Source: an uncultured Bacteroidales bacterium (GTDB lineage: Bacteria > Bacteroidota > Bacteroidia > Bacteroidales > Muribaculaceae). Taken from it: a stretch of 33,565 bases of DNA. The stretch is from assembly GCA_947177325.1 (NCBI GenBank), contig CAMWUH010000001.1, positions 1 to 33,565 of the forward strand, given 5' to 3'. Below the pieces are notes generated by a model that was not told where the DNA came from, did no database searches, and worked only from the letters and a program-made list of their open reading frames with translations. Below, in pieces: positions 16,069 through 25,722 of the stretch. The translations under genes were made by a program, and so were the position numbers. The stretch's first letter is position 1, and each line of letters starts with the position of its first letter.

Positions 16069-18573
16069 ATGGACAATATAGAAGAAAAAGAGGCCCGGTT
16101 GACCGCCGGCTCTAAATTCAACTTCAAAGATTTCATGTGGCTTTGCCTGTCGAAATGGTATTTATTTATCTTTTCGGTAGTAATTTGCCTGGGCCTGGGC
16201 TATCTCCAAATAATGAAGCAACCGCGCGTTTACCTCGCCACTGCCTCAATCATGATCAAGGATAAAGGCGCTTCAGCCTCGCCCGACGTTGCATCGGCTT
16301 TTGCCGAAATGAATTCGTTTGACACCTACTCCAACCTGAACAACGAGATGGTGGCGATGACCTCTCCAATCGTAACGAAAGAGGTGGCTCGACGCTTGGG
16401 TCTCGACGTTGACTATGAGGTCAGCGACCGATTGCACAAACGCCCCTTGTTCGGCAACGACCTCCCTTTCAGAGTAGAGTTTCTTGACTTAGGACGAGAG
16501 GGCACCGCCCATCTGACTGCTGTGTGGACCAATGACGATAAAGTTGAATTAGGCCCGTTTTCAGAAGATCTTGCAGAGCACCTGGCCGATGCTGACAACA
16601 ATGATGAAACAATCACTGTTGACCTCAACAAAGCCGAAGGTGACACAATCGAGACTCCGCTTGGTCGACTTATCCTCACAAAGAACCCCACATTCAGTAA
16701 CGCTAAAGTTTCGCCCCTCGAGATTGATGTGCGCCGTATAGGCGAGTCAGAGGGCAACAACATTGCATCAAGCAACCTGCGCACTTACGTCAACGACGAC
16801 TACTCGACTATCGTCAGCATCGACAAAACCGACTTCAGTCCATGGCGAGCAAAGGCAATTCTGTCGACACTCATCGACGTTTATCGCGAAAACTGGATTA
16901 CTGACCGTAACGAAGTGGCCTCAGCAACCTACGACTTTATCAACGATCGCCTCGCCGTTATCGAGGATGAACTTGGAAGCGTTGACTCAAACGTTTCAGG
17001 ACTGCGAGCCCAACAGATCGCCAACTATGGCGATGTTGCCAACAATGCCTCCCGCGCCACAGCCGCTGAAGATGCGCTCATGCTACAACGCAACCGCCTT
17101 GCATTGGCCAAGCAAGTTCGCGACCGACTGGTTCAACACGCAACTGACTACACAATCCTTCCCGGCACCGCATCGCTTGAAAACGGTGCTATCGATGCAA
17201 AAGTATCGGCCTACAACGAGCTGACAACCTATCGCAACTCTTTGGTAGCCAACTCTTCGGCCGACAACCCCGTGGTTCAGGACCTTGATATGGCTTTGGC
17301 CGACCGTCGTCTTGAAATCGTTTCCACCCTCGACAGCTACATCAATGGACTCAATGCCGAAATTGCTGCCACTCAAGGCACTCGCAACCAATCTTCTTCG
17401 CGATTGGTAATGGGTCAAACCCAAGCTCCTCAAATTCAAAGCGTCGAGCGCCAACAGAAGGTCAAAGAGTCGCTCTATCTCTATTTGCTGCAAAAACGCG
17501 AGGAAAACCAACTTTCACAAGCTTTCGCCGCCTACAACTCAAAAATCATCACTCCTCCGGTGTTTGAAGGCCCTATCTCGCCCATTCCCCGTAAAATTTT
17601 CATGCAATGGGGCATCATAGGCCTGTTAGTTCCGGCACTGATATTGTTCCTCATCGACCTGCTCAACTCAAAAGTGCGCGGCCGCAAGGACCTTGACCGA
17701 CTCACCATTCCATTCGTAGGCGAAATCCCCTTAGCTCAACGCCCGAAATCAGCGCTGAAGAAATTACTTGAACGATTTAACCGCAAACGTGTGGAAAAGC
17801 TGTCTGTGGTCAAAGTCAAGAAAGGCTCGGGCAATGTTGTTAATGAAGCCTTCCGCGTTATCCGCACCAACCTTGAATTTCTCGTCGGCACCGACGGCTC
17901 TGACCCACGCATCATCATGCTGACGTCAGTCAACCCCGGCTCGGGTAAAACATTCATTTCTCTCAACCTCGCAGTGGTGTTAGCGCTCAAAGGCAAAAAA
18001 GTGGCGCTTGTCGACCTTGACTTGCGCAAAACCGCCCTCTCCATGTCGTGTAACAAAAGTGGCAAAGGTGTGACCAACTATTTGGCCGGCAACGCATCGC
18101 TCGACGAGATAGTTGTTACCAACGTGCTTGAAAACGAGAGCGTTGACCTATATCCGGCAGGGCCGATTCCGCCTAATCCTGCCGAGCTGCTTTACAGCGA
18201 CCGTCTCGATGCAATGATGAGTCTGCTTCGCGAGAAATATGATTACGTAATCATCGACTCGCCCCCTGTTGAGCTCGTGGCCGATGCTAAAATCATCAAC
18301 CGCTTGGTCGACCTTACACTTTTCATAATCCGTGCCGGTGTGCTTGACCGCCAGATGTTGCCCGAAATTCAAACATTCTACGAAAACAAGCGCTACAAAA
18401 ATATGGCCGTTATTCTCAACGGTACCCCCGACCCGGCTTATTCCCGCTTGCGCCTCTCCAACCGCTTCGGCTATGGCTATGGCTACGGTTACGGTTATGG
18501 CTACGGATATGGTTACGGCTATGGATATGGCCGTAAAAAAGGCGACCACGATAAGACTGACGACAATCAGTAG
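16069..18573 (+). CDS. wzc: Polysaccharide co-polymerase / BY-kinase (Wzc)
   Basis: Two TM segments flanking a large periplasmic coiled-coil region; EAFRVIRTNL, Walker A SVNPGSGKT, A' LVDLDLRK, GPIPPNPAELL, Walker B IIDSPP; C-terminal Tyr cluster. Confidence 0.95.
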   Translation: MDNIEEKEARLTAGSKFNFKDFMWLCLSKWYLFIFSVVICLGLGYLQIMKQPRVYLATASIMIKDKGASASPDVASAFAEMNSFDTYSNLNNEMVAMTSPIVTKEVARRLGLDVDYEVSDRLHKRPLFGNDLPFRVEFLDLGREGTAHLTAVWTNDDKVELGPFSEDLAEHLADADNNDETITVDLNKAEGDTIETPLGRLILTKNPTFSNAKVSPLEIDVRRIGESEGNNIASSNLRTYVNDDYSTIVSIDKTDFSPWRAKAILSTLIDVYRENWITDRNEVASATYDFINDRLAVIEDELGSVDSNVSGLRAQQIANYGDVANNASRATAAEDALMLQRNRLALAKQVRDRLVQHATDYTILPGTASLENGAIDAKVSAYNELTTYRNSLVANSSADNPVVQDLDMALADRRLEIVSTLDSYINGLNAEIAATQGTRNQSSSRLVMGQTQAPQIQSVERQQKVKESLYLYLLQKREENQLSQAFAAYNSKIITPPVFEGPISPIPRKIFMQWGIIGLLVPALILFLIDLLNSKVRGRKDLDRLTIPFVGEIPLAQRPKSALKKLLERFNRKRVEKLSVVKVKKGSGNVVNEAFRVIRTNLEFLVGTDGSDPRIIMLTSVNPGSGKTFISLNLAVVLALKGKKVALVDLDLRKTALSMSCNKSGKGVTNYLAGNASLDEIVVTNVLENESVDLYPAGPIPPNPAELLYSDRLDAMMSLLREKYDYVIIDSPPVELVADAKIINRLVDLTLFIIRAGVLDRQMLPEIQTFYENKRYKNMAVILNGTPDPAYSRLRLSNRFGYGYGYGYGYGYGYGYGYGYGRKKGDHDKTDDNQ
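18469..18528 (+). repeat. Ten 6-nt units (ggHtaY) encoding the (GY)10 tyrosine cluster of Wzc
   Basis: ggctat ggctat ggctac ggttac ggttat ggctac ggatat ggttac ggctat ggatat. Confidence 0.95.
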
Positions 18574-18578
18574 CCCCG

Positions 18579-20195
18579 ATGCCTGACGGCAATAATCATT
18601 ATCGGTCCGACGACTGCTGCGACTTTCAAAACCTCAACGTTGAAGCCGAGGCAGGCCTGGTTCCGTCAGTGACACCCGATGAGGAGGGCGCTGCCGGCAT
18701 CACCTTAGTCCGAGCCGTTGAATCTGCCGAGGCAACCTCCAACTCCTCAACTCCTCTCTCCAAGCGTAAAGTGGTAATGAGCTTGCTATGGGGAGGAATG
18801 GAGATTTATGCCGGCCAGTTGCTGCAATTCGCGATTGGGATTTTCCTGGCTCGCAAACTTATGCCGGCCCAATATGGCACTATCGCCATCATAGGCATTT
18901 TCATTCAGCTCAGCCAGGTGTTTATCGACTCGGGGCTGCCGCAGGCTCTTGTCAGGAAAAAGAATGTCACGTCAGCCGACTTGTCAACGGTTTTCTACAC
19001 CAATATGGTAGTGGCCTGCATTTGCTACGCCCTGATATTTTTCTGTGCTCCGGCCGTTGGCTCGTTTTACGCCGATACTGACCTGACTCCGGCTCTCCGC
19101 GTTATGGGTCTTTGCCTGATAATCGGCGCGGTCAGCGGAGTGATGCGCACTATGCTCATTAAGGAGTTAGCTTTCAAGACACTGGCAATCATTTCATTAG
19201 TTGCCGGAGTAGTTTCCGGCATCACGGCCATTGCAATGGCTTACAACGGTTGCGGCATCTGGTCGCTCGTGGCTCAAAACATGCTGATGACTTTGGTGAC
19301 GAGCATCTGTATCATTTGTCTGTCGCCATTCAGACCCAAGTGGCTGTTTAGTATTAAATCACTTCGCGAACTTTTCGGTTTCGGCTCCAAGCTGCTCGGC
19401 AGCAGCATTATCTGGGCCGTTTTCGGCAATATCTACACAATAGTTATAGGCAAAGCTCTGACCCCTACAGCATTAGGCTATTACTCGCGTGCCGACGGCT
19501 ACGGGCGCATAGTGCCGGCCAATGTAAGCCGATTGTTTACAAAGGTGATGTTTCCGGTCATTGCCAAAATTCAGGACGACAACGCTAAGCTCAACTCTCT
19601 GTTTACTCGCTCGCAGTCAATGACCTCGTTTGCGGTGTTTGGCATCAACTGTCTACTTGCCGGATTGGCCTACCCATTGGTGCTCAACGTGATATCAGCC
19701 AAGTGGCTTCCTTGTGTTCCGTTATTGCAGATAATCTGCATCGGCGCCGCGTTTGACCCTATTGCCGAAATCAACGGGCAGTTTCTGATAGCCAAAGGCT
19801 ACTCCGGAGCCTTCCTGAAGATGCACATTATTACGCTACCGACCAAGCTGATTTTGCTGGCCGCCACAATATGGTTCGGGCTGATATGGATAGCCGTGGG
19901 GCGCACTGTTGTCGCAATCGTCGAGTGGTTGATTTCGGCCTACTACTTCAAGAAACTTACCACCATTTCCACCCGGCACTTCTATCTTACTGCCATAAAA
20001 ATGGGATTGACTGCCACTGCAACCGGCTTGCTGGGCTTCTTTACGTTCAAGCTTGGATTACCCCCCACATGGACTAACACAATAGTGGTCATGCTGGCGC
20101 TTGTCGCCCTATATATAGGCGCCGGAATGTTGCTCTTCCGCTCTACTGTAACCGGCTCGCTCCACGCCTGCGCATCGATTTTCAGAAAAGCATAA
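18579..20195 (+). CDS. wzx: Wzx flippase (WzxC/PST family)
   Basis: IFLARKLMPAQYG, FIDSGL..ALV.K, STVFYTN, GIWSLVAQ, LRELFGFGSKLL, LGYYSRA; many TM segments; exact start uncertain. Confidence 0.92.
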   Translation: MPDGNNHYRSDDCCDFQNLNVEAEAGLVPSVTPDEEGAAGITLVRAVESAEATSNSSTPLSKRKVVMSLLWGGMEIYAGQLLQFAIGIFLARKLMPAQYGTIAIIGIFIQLSQVFIDSGLPQALVRKKNVTSADLSTVFYTNMVVACICYALIFFCAPAVGSFYADTDLTPALRVMGLCLIIGAVSGVMRTMLIKELAFKTLAIISLVAGVVSGITAIAMAYNGCGIWSLVAQNMLMTLVTSICIICLSPFRPKWLFSIKSLRELFGFGSKLLGSSIIWAVFGNIYTIVIGKALTPTALGYYSRADGYGRIVPANVSRLFTKVMFPVIAKIQDDNAKLNSLFTRSQSMTSFAVFGINCLLAGLAYPLVLNVISAKWLPCVPLLQIICIGAAFDPIAEINGQFLIAKGYSGAFLKMHIITLPTKLILLAATIWFGLIWIAVGRTVVAIVEWLISAYYFKKLTTISTRHFYLTAIKMGLTATATGLLGFFTFKLGLPPTWTNTIVVMLALVALYIGAGMLLFRSTVTGSLHACASIFRKA

Positions 20196-20200
20196 GCAGC

Positions 20201-21109
20201 ATGAGTCCGGTCTATTCAATTATTATCCCCCATCGCAACACCCCTCTGCTGTTGCGCCGACTTCTGCAATCGATACCTGAGCGCCCTGACACAGAGGTAA
20301 TCGTCATCGACGATTGCTCGGATAGTGAGTACCAGACTGAGCTCGCTCGCCTTCAAGAAGAGTTCTCCCAATTCAGCTTTCTGTCAACTCCCTCTAATCA
20401 ATGGCCGGCCGGGGCACGCAATCAGGGCATCGAAAACGCCAAGGGCAAATACCTGATATTTGCCGATGCTGACGACTTCTTTCTCCCCACTTTTAACGAA
20501 GTGCTGACTGACTACGCAGCCACTGACTTCGACATCGTGTTTTGCAACGCACAATCGGTTGACAGTGCTACCCTTCAGCCAGCCAATCGTGCTGAATATT
20601 TCCCTCGCCTGCTCAATCGCTTTCTGACCTCCGGACAAATTGACCACATCCGAGTCGCATTTGCCGTTGTGTGGGGTCGACTGATAAGCCGCTCACTCAT
20701 CGTTGACAATAACATCAGTTTCGAGCCGGTTGAGGTCAACGAGGATGTAATGTTCTCAACCCTCAGCGGCATTGCCGCAAAAAAGGTCACGGCCGATCTC
20801 CGCCCTATCTACTGCGTGACAGCTCGCGAAGGCTCGATGTCAACCCTCTTGACTCGCGAAGCAGTCCTCCAACGGCTGAGAATCTCCATTGCCCGAAACC
20901 GCTTATTGGTCAACAGCGGGTTCCCGCATCTCAAAGGCGACCCTTCGCTGCTGCACCATTTTCTGGAAATTGACCGTGCCGCTATCCACGGCCTAAAAAA
21001 AGAGGCACTTGAAATTTGCCGCCAAGCGGGTTATTCCACTTGGCTGATACGACGCCGATTGGCAACCTTCAAGCTCCGCTCCGCTCTATCTCGATTGCTA
21101 CACCGATGA
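20201..21109 (+). CDS. Glycosyltransferase family 2
   Basis: YSIIIPH.N, EVIVIDDCSD, AGARNQGI..AKGKYLIFADADD, VWGRLI, NEDVMF. Confidence 0.92.
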   Translation: MSPVYSIIIPHRNTPLLLRRLLQSIPERPDTEVIVIDDCSDSEYQTELARLQEEFSQFSFLSTPSNQWPAGARNQGIENAKGKYLIFADADDFFLPTFNEVLTDYAATDFDIVFCNAQSVDSATLQPANRAEYFPRLLNRFLTSGQIDHIRVAFAVVWGRLISRSLIVDNNISFEPVEVNEDVMFSTLSGIAAKKVTADLRPIYCVTAREGSMSTLLTREAVLQRLRISIARNRLLVNSGFPHLKGDPSLLHHFLEIDRAAIHGLKKEALEICRQAGYSTWLIRRRLATFKLRSALSRLLHR

Positions 21110-22131
21110 AAATAGCCTACATAATGTATCCTGAAGCGATGGTCAGCAATGCCACTAACGGCATTCGCAACCAGGCGCTTGGCTGGCAACGCGCGCTAAA
21201 AAGCCGCCTGCAGGTTGATTGCCTCAGCCCGTGGAACGACATTGACTGGCGTCAATATGATGTGGTTCATTTCTTCGGTGGTATGGGATGGCTTAATTGG
21301 GCCCATCGGCTCAAAGAGGTCTACGGTTCAACTTTGGTATTCTCTCCGATACTCGACTCCGTAGTCTCTCCTCGAAAGCTTAAATTGTTAGCCTCGTTAG
21401 GCTTCAAAGGCTATCACCACGCCCAAAACTGTTATCGACGCGACCTACGCATCTTTGACCGTATCTATGTGCGCAGCAACTACGAGGGCGCCTATTTTAC
21501 ATACAGCTATGGCATCGCGCCCGAAAAAATTGTTAAAATTCCGCTCAGTTACGAAGTTGAAGTTGGGGCATCTGACCTTTCCGACTCATCTCCCCGAAAA
21601 ACTTTTGCTCTTCACATATCTTCGCTTCATCACGAGCGCAAAAACGTTGAACGCCTTATTAAAGCGGCCCTCCGCTATGGCTTCGACCTCAAACTCGGAG
21701 GTCCTACGGGTAGCCCGGACCAAACACGCCGATTACTTGAACTTATTGACGGCGCCCCTAACATTGAGTTGCTGGGCGTGGTCAGCCTTGAGCAAGCTAA
21801 AGAACTGTACCGGCAATGTGGCGTTTTCGCTCTCCCATCTCTCAATGAGGGAGTAGGTTTGGTGGCCCTGAACGCTGCCGCCATGGGTTCTCCGGTTGTT
21901 ATTACCTCGGTCGGTGGCCCTAAAGAATATTACATCGATTCCAAAGGGCAGCCTTTAGCTTCGATTGTCGACCCTCTTGATATCGACTCTATAGGCCGGG
22001 TAATCAGCAGCCGACTCTTCAATCCCTCAACCGACTTGACTCTCCAATCTCATATTTTAGATAATTACAACCCCGATATAACAGCCGCAAAATTAATAGA
22101 TTCTTATGTCAACCTCAGAAAATCAAGTTAA
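21106..22131 (+). CDS. Glycosyltransferase family 4 (GT-B)
   Basis: ATGA overlap with the upstream stop gives MKIAYI; RKNVERLI, VFALPSLNEGVGLVALNAAAMG.PVV. Confidence 0.88.
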   Translation: MKIAYIMYPEAMVSNATNGIRNQALGWQRALKSRLQVDCLSPWNDIDWRQYDVVHFFGGMGWLNWAHRLKEVYGSTLVFSPILDSVVSPRKLKLLASLGFKGYHHAQNCYRRDLRIFDRIYVRSNYEGAYFTYSYGIAPEKIVKIPLSYEVEVGASDLSDSSPRKTFALHISSLHHERKNVERLIKAALRYGFDLKLGGPTGSPDQTRRLLELIDGAPNIELLGVVSLEQAKELYRQCGVFALPSLNEGVGLVALNAAAMGSPVVITSVGGPKEYYIDSKGQPLASIVDPLDIDSIGRVISSRLFNPSTDLTLQSHILDNYNPDITAAKLIDSYVNLRKSS

Positions 22132-23137
22132 TTTTTCAATTATAACACCGGTTAAAAACGGCCGATCGTTTGTCAAACCCTACGTTGAAATGCTTAGCCG
22201 CTTGCATCTTCTACCGGGCGACGAAATTATCATCATTGACGACAACTCGACCGATTCAACCGCCGACCTTCTTAAAAAGGCCATCAATGAAGCTGAGAAT
22301 TTGCCCGCGCGCGTAATTAAGTCAGATGGCAACGGTGTGGTTGACGCTCGACACAGAGGTGCCGAAGCTGCCGCTAACCGCTATTTGCTTTTTGCCGACA
22401 TTGACGACGAGTTGGTGGCTGACGGCGTTGACGCGCTCCGTCAATCGGCCCAATCAACCGACGCTGATATTGTCGTGGCCGACTATGAAATGGCGTTTGA
22501 AAACGGCCGGCGTCAGCATTGCGGCTATTTCAACACTGCCGATGGCTTTGACTCTCTGTTTGATTTCATCATCACTCGTCATGTCGGCAACCTTTGGGGC
22601 AAGCTTATCAAGCGCGACCTCTACCTCAACATTCCACTGCTTGACCGCTCCCTCACCTTCTGCCAAGACTATTCACAAATGCTTCAACTGGCAGCCATGA
22701 GCCAATCAACAGCTCATTGCGGAGCGACATCTTATATCTACTGCCAACACCCTAACTCCAACTGCAATCGTGCCTACGACGTTGACGTTTACGGTCGCCG
22801 CTTTGGTCGCTTGGCAAGTAACTTCCATTCGCTGAGCAATCTGCACTGTTTCACCCCCGAGCAAGCCACAGCCTTGCAGGCTCTCACCCTCGTATATGCA
22901 CGCTACTACATTGGCGTTGCCGGTCGTCGCCACACTGAGTTCGTGCGTTTGCTCAGCGCTGTCAAATCACTCCTCTCCACCGACCGCAACCTCGTGGGGC
23001 TTGCCGGTTATACTCCCGGCCGACGTCGTCAACTCCATCTGCTTTGGAACTTTCCGACTATTTTCGGGCCGTTCCATCGTCTGAAACTGCGCCGTCAAGG
23101 TCGTATCCGCAAAAGTTCAAAACCTCAGAAGGACTAA
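22106..23137 (+). CDS. Glycosyltransferase family 2
   Basis: FSIITPVKN, EIIIIDDNSTD, GVVDAR..G, YLLFADIDD, LWGKLIKR; ED motif appears as QD. Confidence 0.88.
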   Translation: MSTSENQVNFSIITPVKNGRSFVKPYVEMLSRLHLLPGDEIIIIDDNSTDSTADLLKKAINEAENLPARVIKSDGNGVVDARHRGAEAAANRYLLFADIDDELVADGVDALRQSAQSTDADIVVADYEMAFENGRRQHCGYFNTADGFDSLFDFIITRHVGNLWGKLIKRDLYLNIPLLDRSLTFCQDYSQMLQLAAMSQSTAHCGATSYIYCQHPNSNCNRAYDVDVYGRRFGRLASNFHSLSNLHCFTPEQATALQALTLVYARYYIGVAGRRHTEFVRLLSAVKSLLSTDRNLVGLAGYTPGRRRQLHLLWNFPTIFGPFHRLKLRRQGRIRKSSKPQKD

Positions 23138-23165
23138 GAACCGGTTCTAAAATTCAGGGACTTAA

Positions 23166-24422
23166 ATGACCCGTCGCTACTACGCCATAGTAACCCCGTT
23201 CTATCCCACCCCCCGGGCTCCTCAGCTATGCAATTTTGTTTCTGACCAGGTGAAGGCCATCGGGAGGTTAAGTTCGCTTGAGCCGGTGGTGTTTGCGTCA
23301 TGCTATACCGAGCCTGCCACTCTCGACGGCATCAGGATTGAGCCTCTGCGAGTCAAGTCCTTTCCAAGTTATCTGTTCAACGGCTGGCACAACCGCGCCA
23401 ATGGTAAAGAGTTTTTGAGAGCCCTCAATCGAGCATCTATTTCACCTGAAGATATCTACGCAGTTCACGCCCACACCACTCAATATGGTGCTATGGCTCT
23501 GGCTCTCAAGCAGGCCGACAGCAATATCATCACCCTGCTTCAACACCACGACCTTGACCCGCTGATGATAGTCAATGGCATCGGTGCCGGTCTATGGCCC
23601 AACTTGCTCTATCGCGCACTGACTTCGCGAAAGGTCATAGAGCAAATCGACCTCAATGTGGCCGTCAGCAACGCCGCTCTTGAACATCTGCTTGACATGC
23701 GCCGATCTACCCCCTCGGCCCTCTACTCGCGGTTTAACCGCTTGCAGCGCTCATTAGCCTTGCGCTCACTTCGCTCTCCGCGCCCTCGGCGAGCCATGGC
23801 GATTATCAATGGAGTCGACCCCGAAAAATTCTTTCCGGGTCAATCCATCGCTCCGGCCAATAGCTTTACAATAGGCATTATCGCCAACTACCAGCCTCGC
23901 AAAGGCCACATAATCCTGATTCGTGCAATTGCTGAGCTGAAGCGGCGTGGCTATAATAATATCCGATTGTTAAGTGTTGGTGCCGACAACCTGAATCGCC
24001 GCGCCGGAATAGCTTCCGAAGCCGCTCGATTGGGCCTCGATAATGTTGAATTTATCGATTCTATCCCCCACTCCGAGCTACGTGACTTCATGCTCGGCCT
24101 AAACCTTTTCGTCATGCCTTCGATTTACGAAGGGTTTGGATGTGTCTACTCCGAAGCGGCTGCCTGCGGCGTGCCTTTTATAGGCATAGAAAAACAAGGG
24201 GTGGCTGACATCGTGAAGCCTGAAGAAGCTCATCTTTGGCTCGCCAAGCCGGCCGACCACATCGACCTTGCCGATAAGATCGAGCAGCAAATAAAAAATC
24301 CACAAACATTTCATCCGGCTCAACCGCTCGACATCGATTTTCACGTTAACCGCCTTTTGACAGCTGTCAGCGAAGTCGCCTCAGAGCTTTCCGCCTCTAA
24401 TAGATATGTTAGAACTTTTTAA
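23166..24422 (+). CDS. Glycosyltransferase family 4 (GT-B)
   Basis: INGVDPEKF, RKGHIILIRA, LFVMPSIYEGFGCVYSEAAACGVP. Confidence 0.9.
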   Translation: MTRRYYAIVTPFYPTPRAPQLCNFVSDQVKAIGRLSSLEPVVFASCYTEPATLDGIRIEPLRVKSFPSYLFNGWHNRANGKEFLRALNRASISPEDIYAVHAHTTQYGAMALALKQADSNIITLLQHHDLDPLMIVNGIGAGLWPNLLYRALTSRKVIEQIDLNVAVSNAALEHLLDMRRSTPSALYSRFNRLQRSLALRSLRSPRPRRAMAIINGVDPEKFFPGQSIAPANSFTIGIIANYQPRKGHIILIRAIAELKRRGYNNIRLLSVGADNLNRRAGIASEAARLGLDNVEFIDSIPHSELRDFMLGLNLFVMPSIYEGFGCVYSEAAACGVPFIGIEKQGVADIVKPEEAHLWLAKPADHIDLADKIEQQIKNPQTFHPAQPLDIDFHVNRLLTAVSEVASELSASNRYVRTF

Positions 24423-25701
24423 TCATTTCATCCGTCGCTACCACTTTTTGAGCCTTTTGATTGCTCTCATAGTGACCAACAATGTGCTGTCAGTCGGCTT
24501 GCCCCTCGGAATGGCCTACTATGGCATTATTTTCGGCGCACTGGTGCTGTTGCTATTGAGCGGTGGATTGGAAACCATGCGCTGGCCCTATTTCGTGTTT
24601 CTGCTCGTGTGTGTAATCAGCATTGTTTTTAACAACGTTCCTGACCTGTTTCAGCCTTGGATGAGATTGGCTCTGTTTGCCATAGCCATGGCGTTGTTTT
24701 CCCCAATGATGCAATCAAGCCTGCTACGCCGTTTCCGTATAGAAACTTTTGTTATTATCCTTTATCTGCAACTTGTTGTAGTGATATTTTCGGCCTTTGC
24801 ACCATTGTTTGGCGTTGAAACCGCCTACAACGGCATCGGCAACCGTGGCATTACTACCCACTTGATGATTCTCGGCCCTATCGCCGGTATGGGTATGATT
24901 TTTTGCGTTTATCAGCTATGGGTACAGCAAACTGAAAACCGCTCCAAAGCAGCCCGATGGCTCTATTTCATTATGGCCTTCCTGAGCTTTGTGTTAATGG
25001 TTTCGAGCACATCGCGCATCGCCGTTATTTCCACAGCCGCCGGTTGCGTTGCACTCATTCTTTATAAAGCCAGATTTAAGGCTGACCGCACCCTGATGTA
25101 TGCCTTCATATTGGCGACGATAGTGGGAGGTTCCTATCCCTTCTGGGGGAAATATTCTATTGAAGTTATCGCCAAGCAAGAAGCAGCTATGATGAAAGGC
25201 GGCTCTTTCGGTACGCGCACCCACCTTTGGAAAGAACGCATCAACGAGTTTCGCAGTTCCCCCTATATAGGTATCGGATTTGCGGCGGTGGCCGGTGTTG
25301 ACGACACCCGCAGCGTCATAGCGCCAACTAAAAAACATAGTTATCGCTTCCGCGGTCTCAACCGTCGCGACAACCAATCGCTCACCGCCACCTCGATTGG
25401 CAAAGATGGCAAAGTTGAAACCGGCAGCGGATGGCTGTTAGTGCTGTCTATGACCGGATTGGCAGGCGCCGTACTTTTCATTTCGTTCATGATTACAGCT
25501 TTGCGTAAATCAATTCTGATGGTGCGTCGCAGCAATTCCGACCCGTTCTGTCTTTTAGGCGCCTTGCTGATTTTCCTCGCAGTCCACATGATTGCCGAGG
25601 GCTATACATTAGCCGGCGGCAGCTATATGTTTGTCATTCTTTGGCTGCTCTTGGGAGCAATCGACGCTTGGGGCAAAGAACCTAAAGAAATCACATTCTA
25701 A
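24406..25701 (+). CDS. Wzy polymerase / O-antigen ligase-like membrane protein (copy 1)
   Basis: About 11-12 TM segments; SSTSRIA, R..LW......F.SSP.IGIGF, TGLAG, VHMIAEGY (Wzy_C-type motifs). Confidence 0.82.
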   Translation: MLELFNHFIRRYHFLSLLIALIVTNNVLSVGLPLGMAYYGIIFGALVLLLLSGGLETMRWPYFVFLLVCVISIVFNNVPDLFQPWMRLALFAIAMALFSPMMQSSLLRRFRIETFVIILYLQLVVVIFSAFAPLFGVETAYNGIGNRGITTHLMILGPIAGMGMIFCVYQLWVQQTENRSKAARWLYFIMAFLSFVLMVSSTSRIAVISTAAGCVALILYKARFKADRTLMYAFILATIVGGSYPFWGKYSIEVIAKQEAAMMKGGSFGTRTHLWKERINEFRSSPYIGIGFAAVAGVDDTRSVIAPTKKHSYRFRGLNRRDNQSLTATSIGKDGKVETGSGWLLVLSMTGLAGAVLFISFMITALRKSILMVRRSNSDPFCLLGALLIFLAVHMIAEGYTLAGGSYMFVILWLLLGAIDAWGKEPKEITF

Positions 25702-25722
25702 TAGCCGACTCCAAGGTTACTT

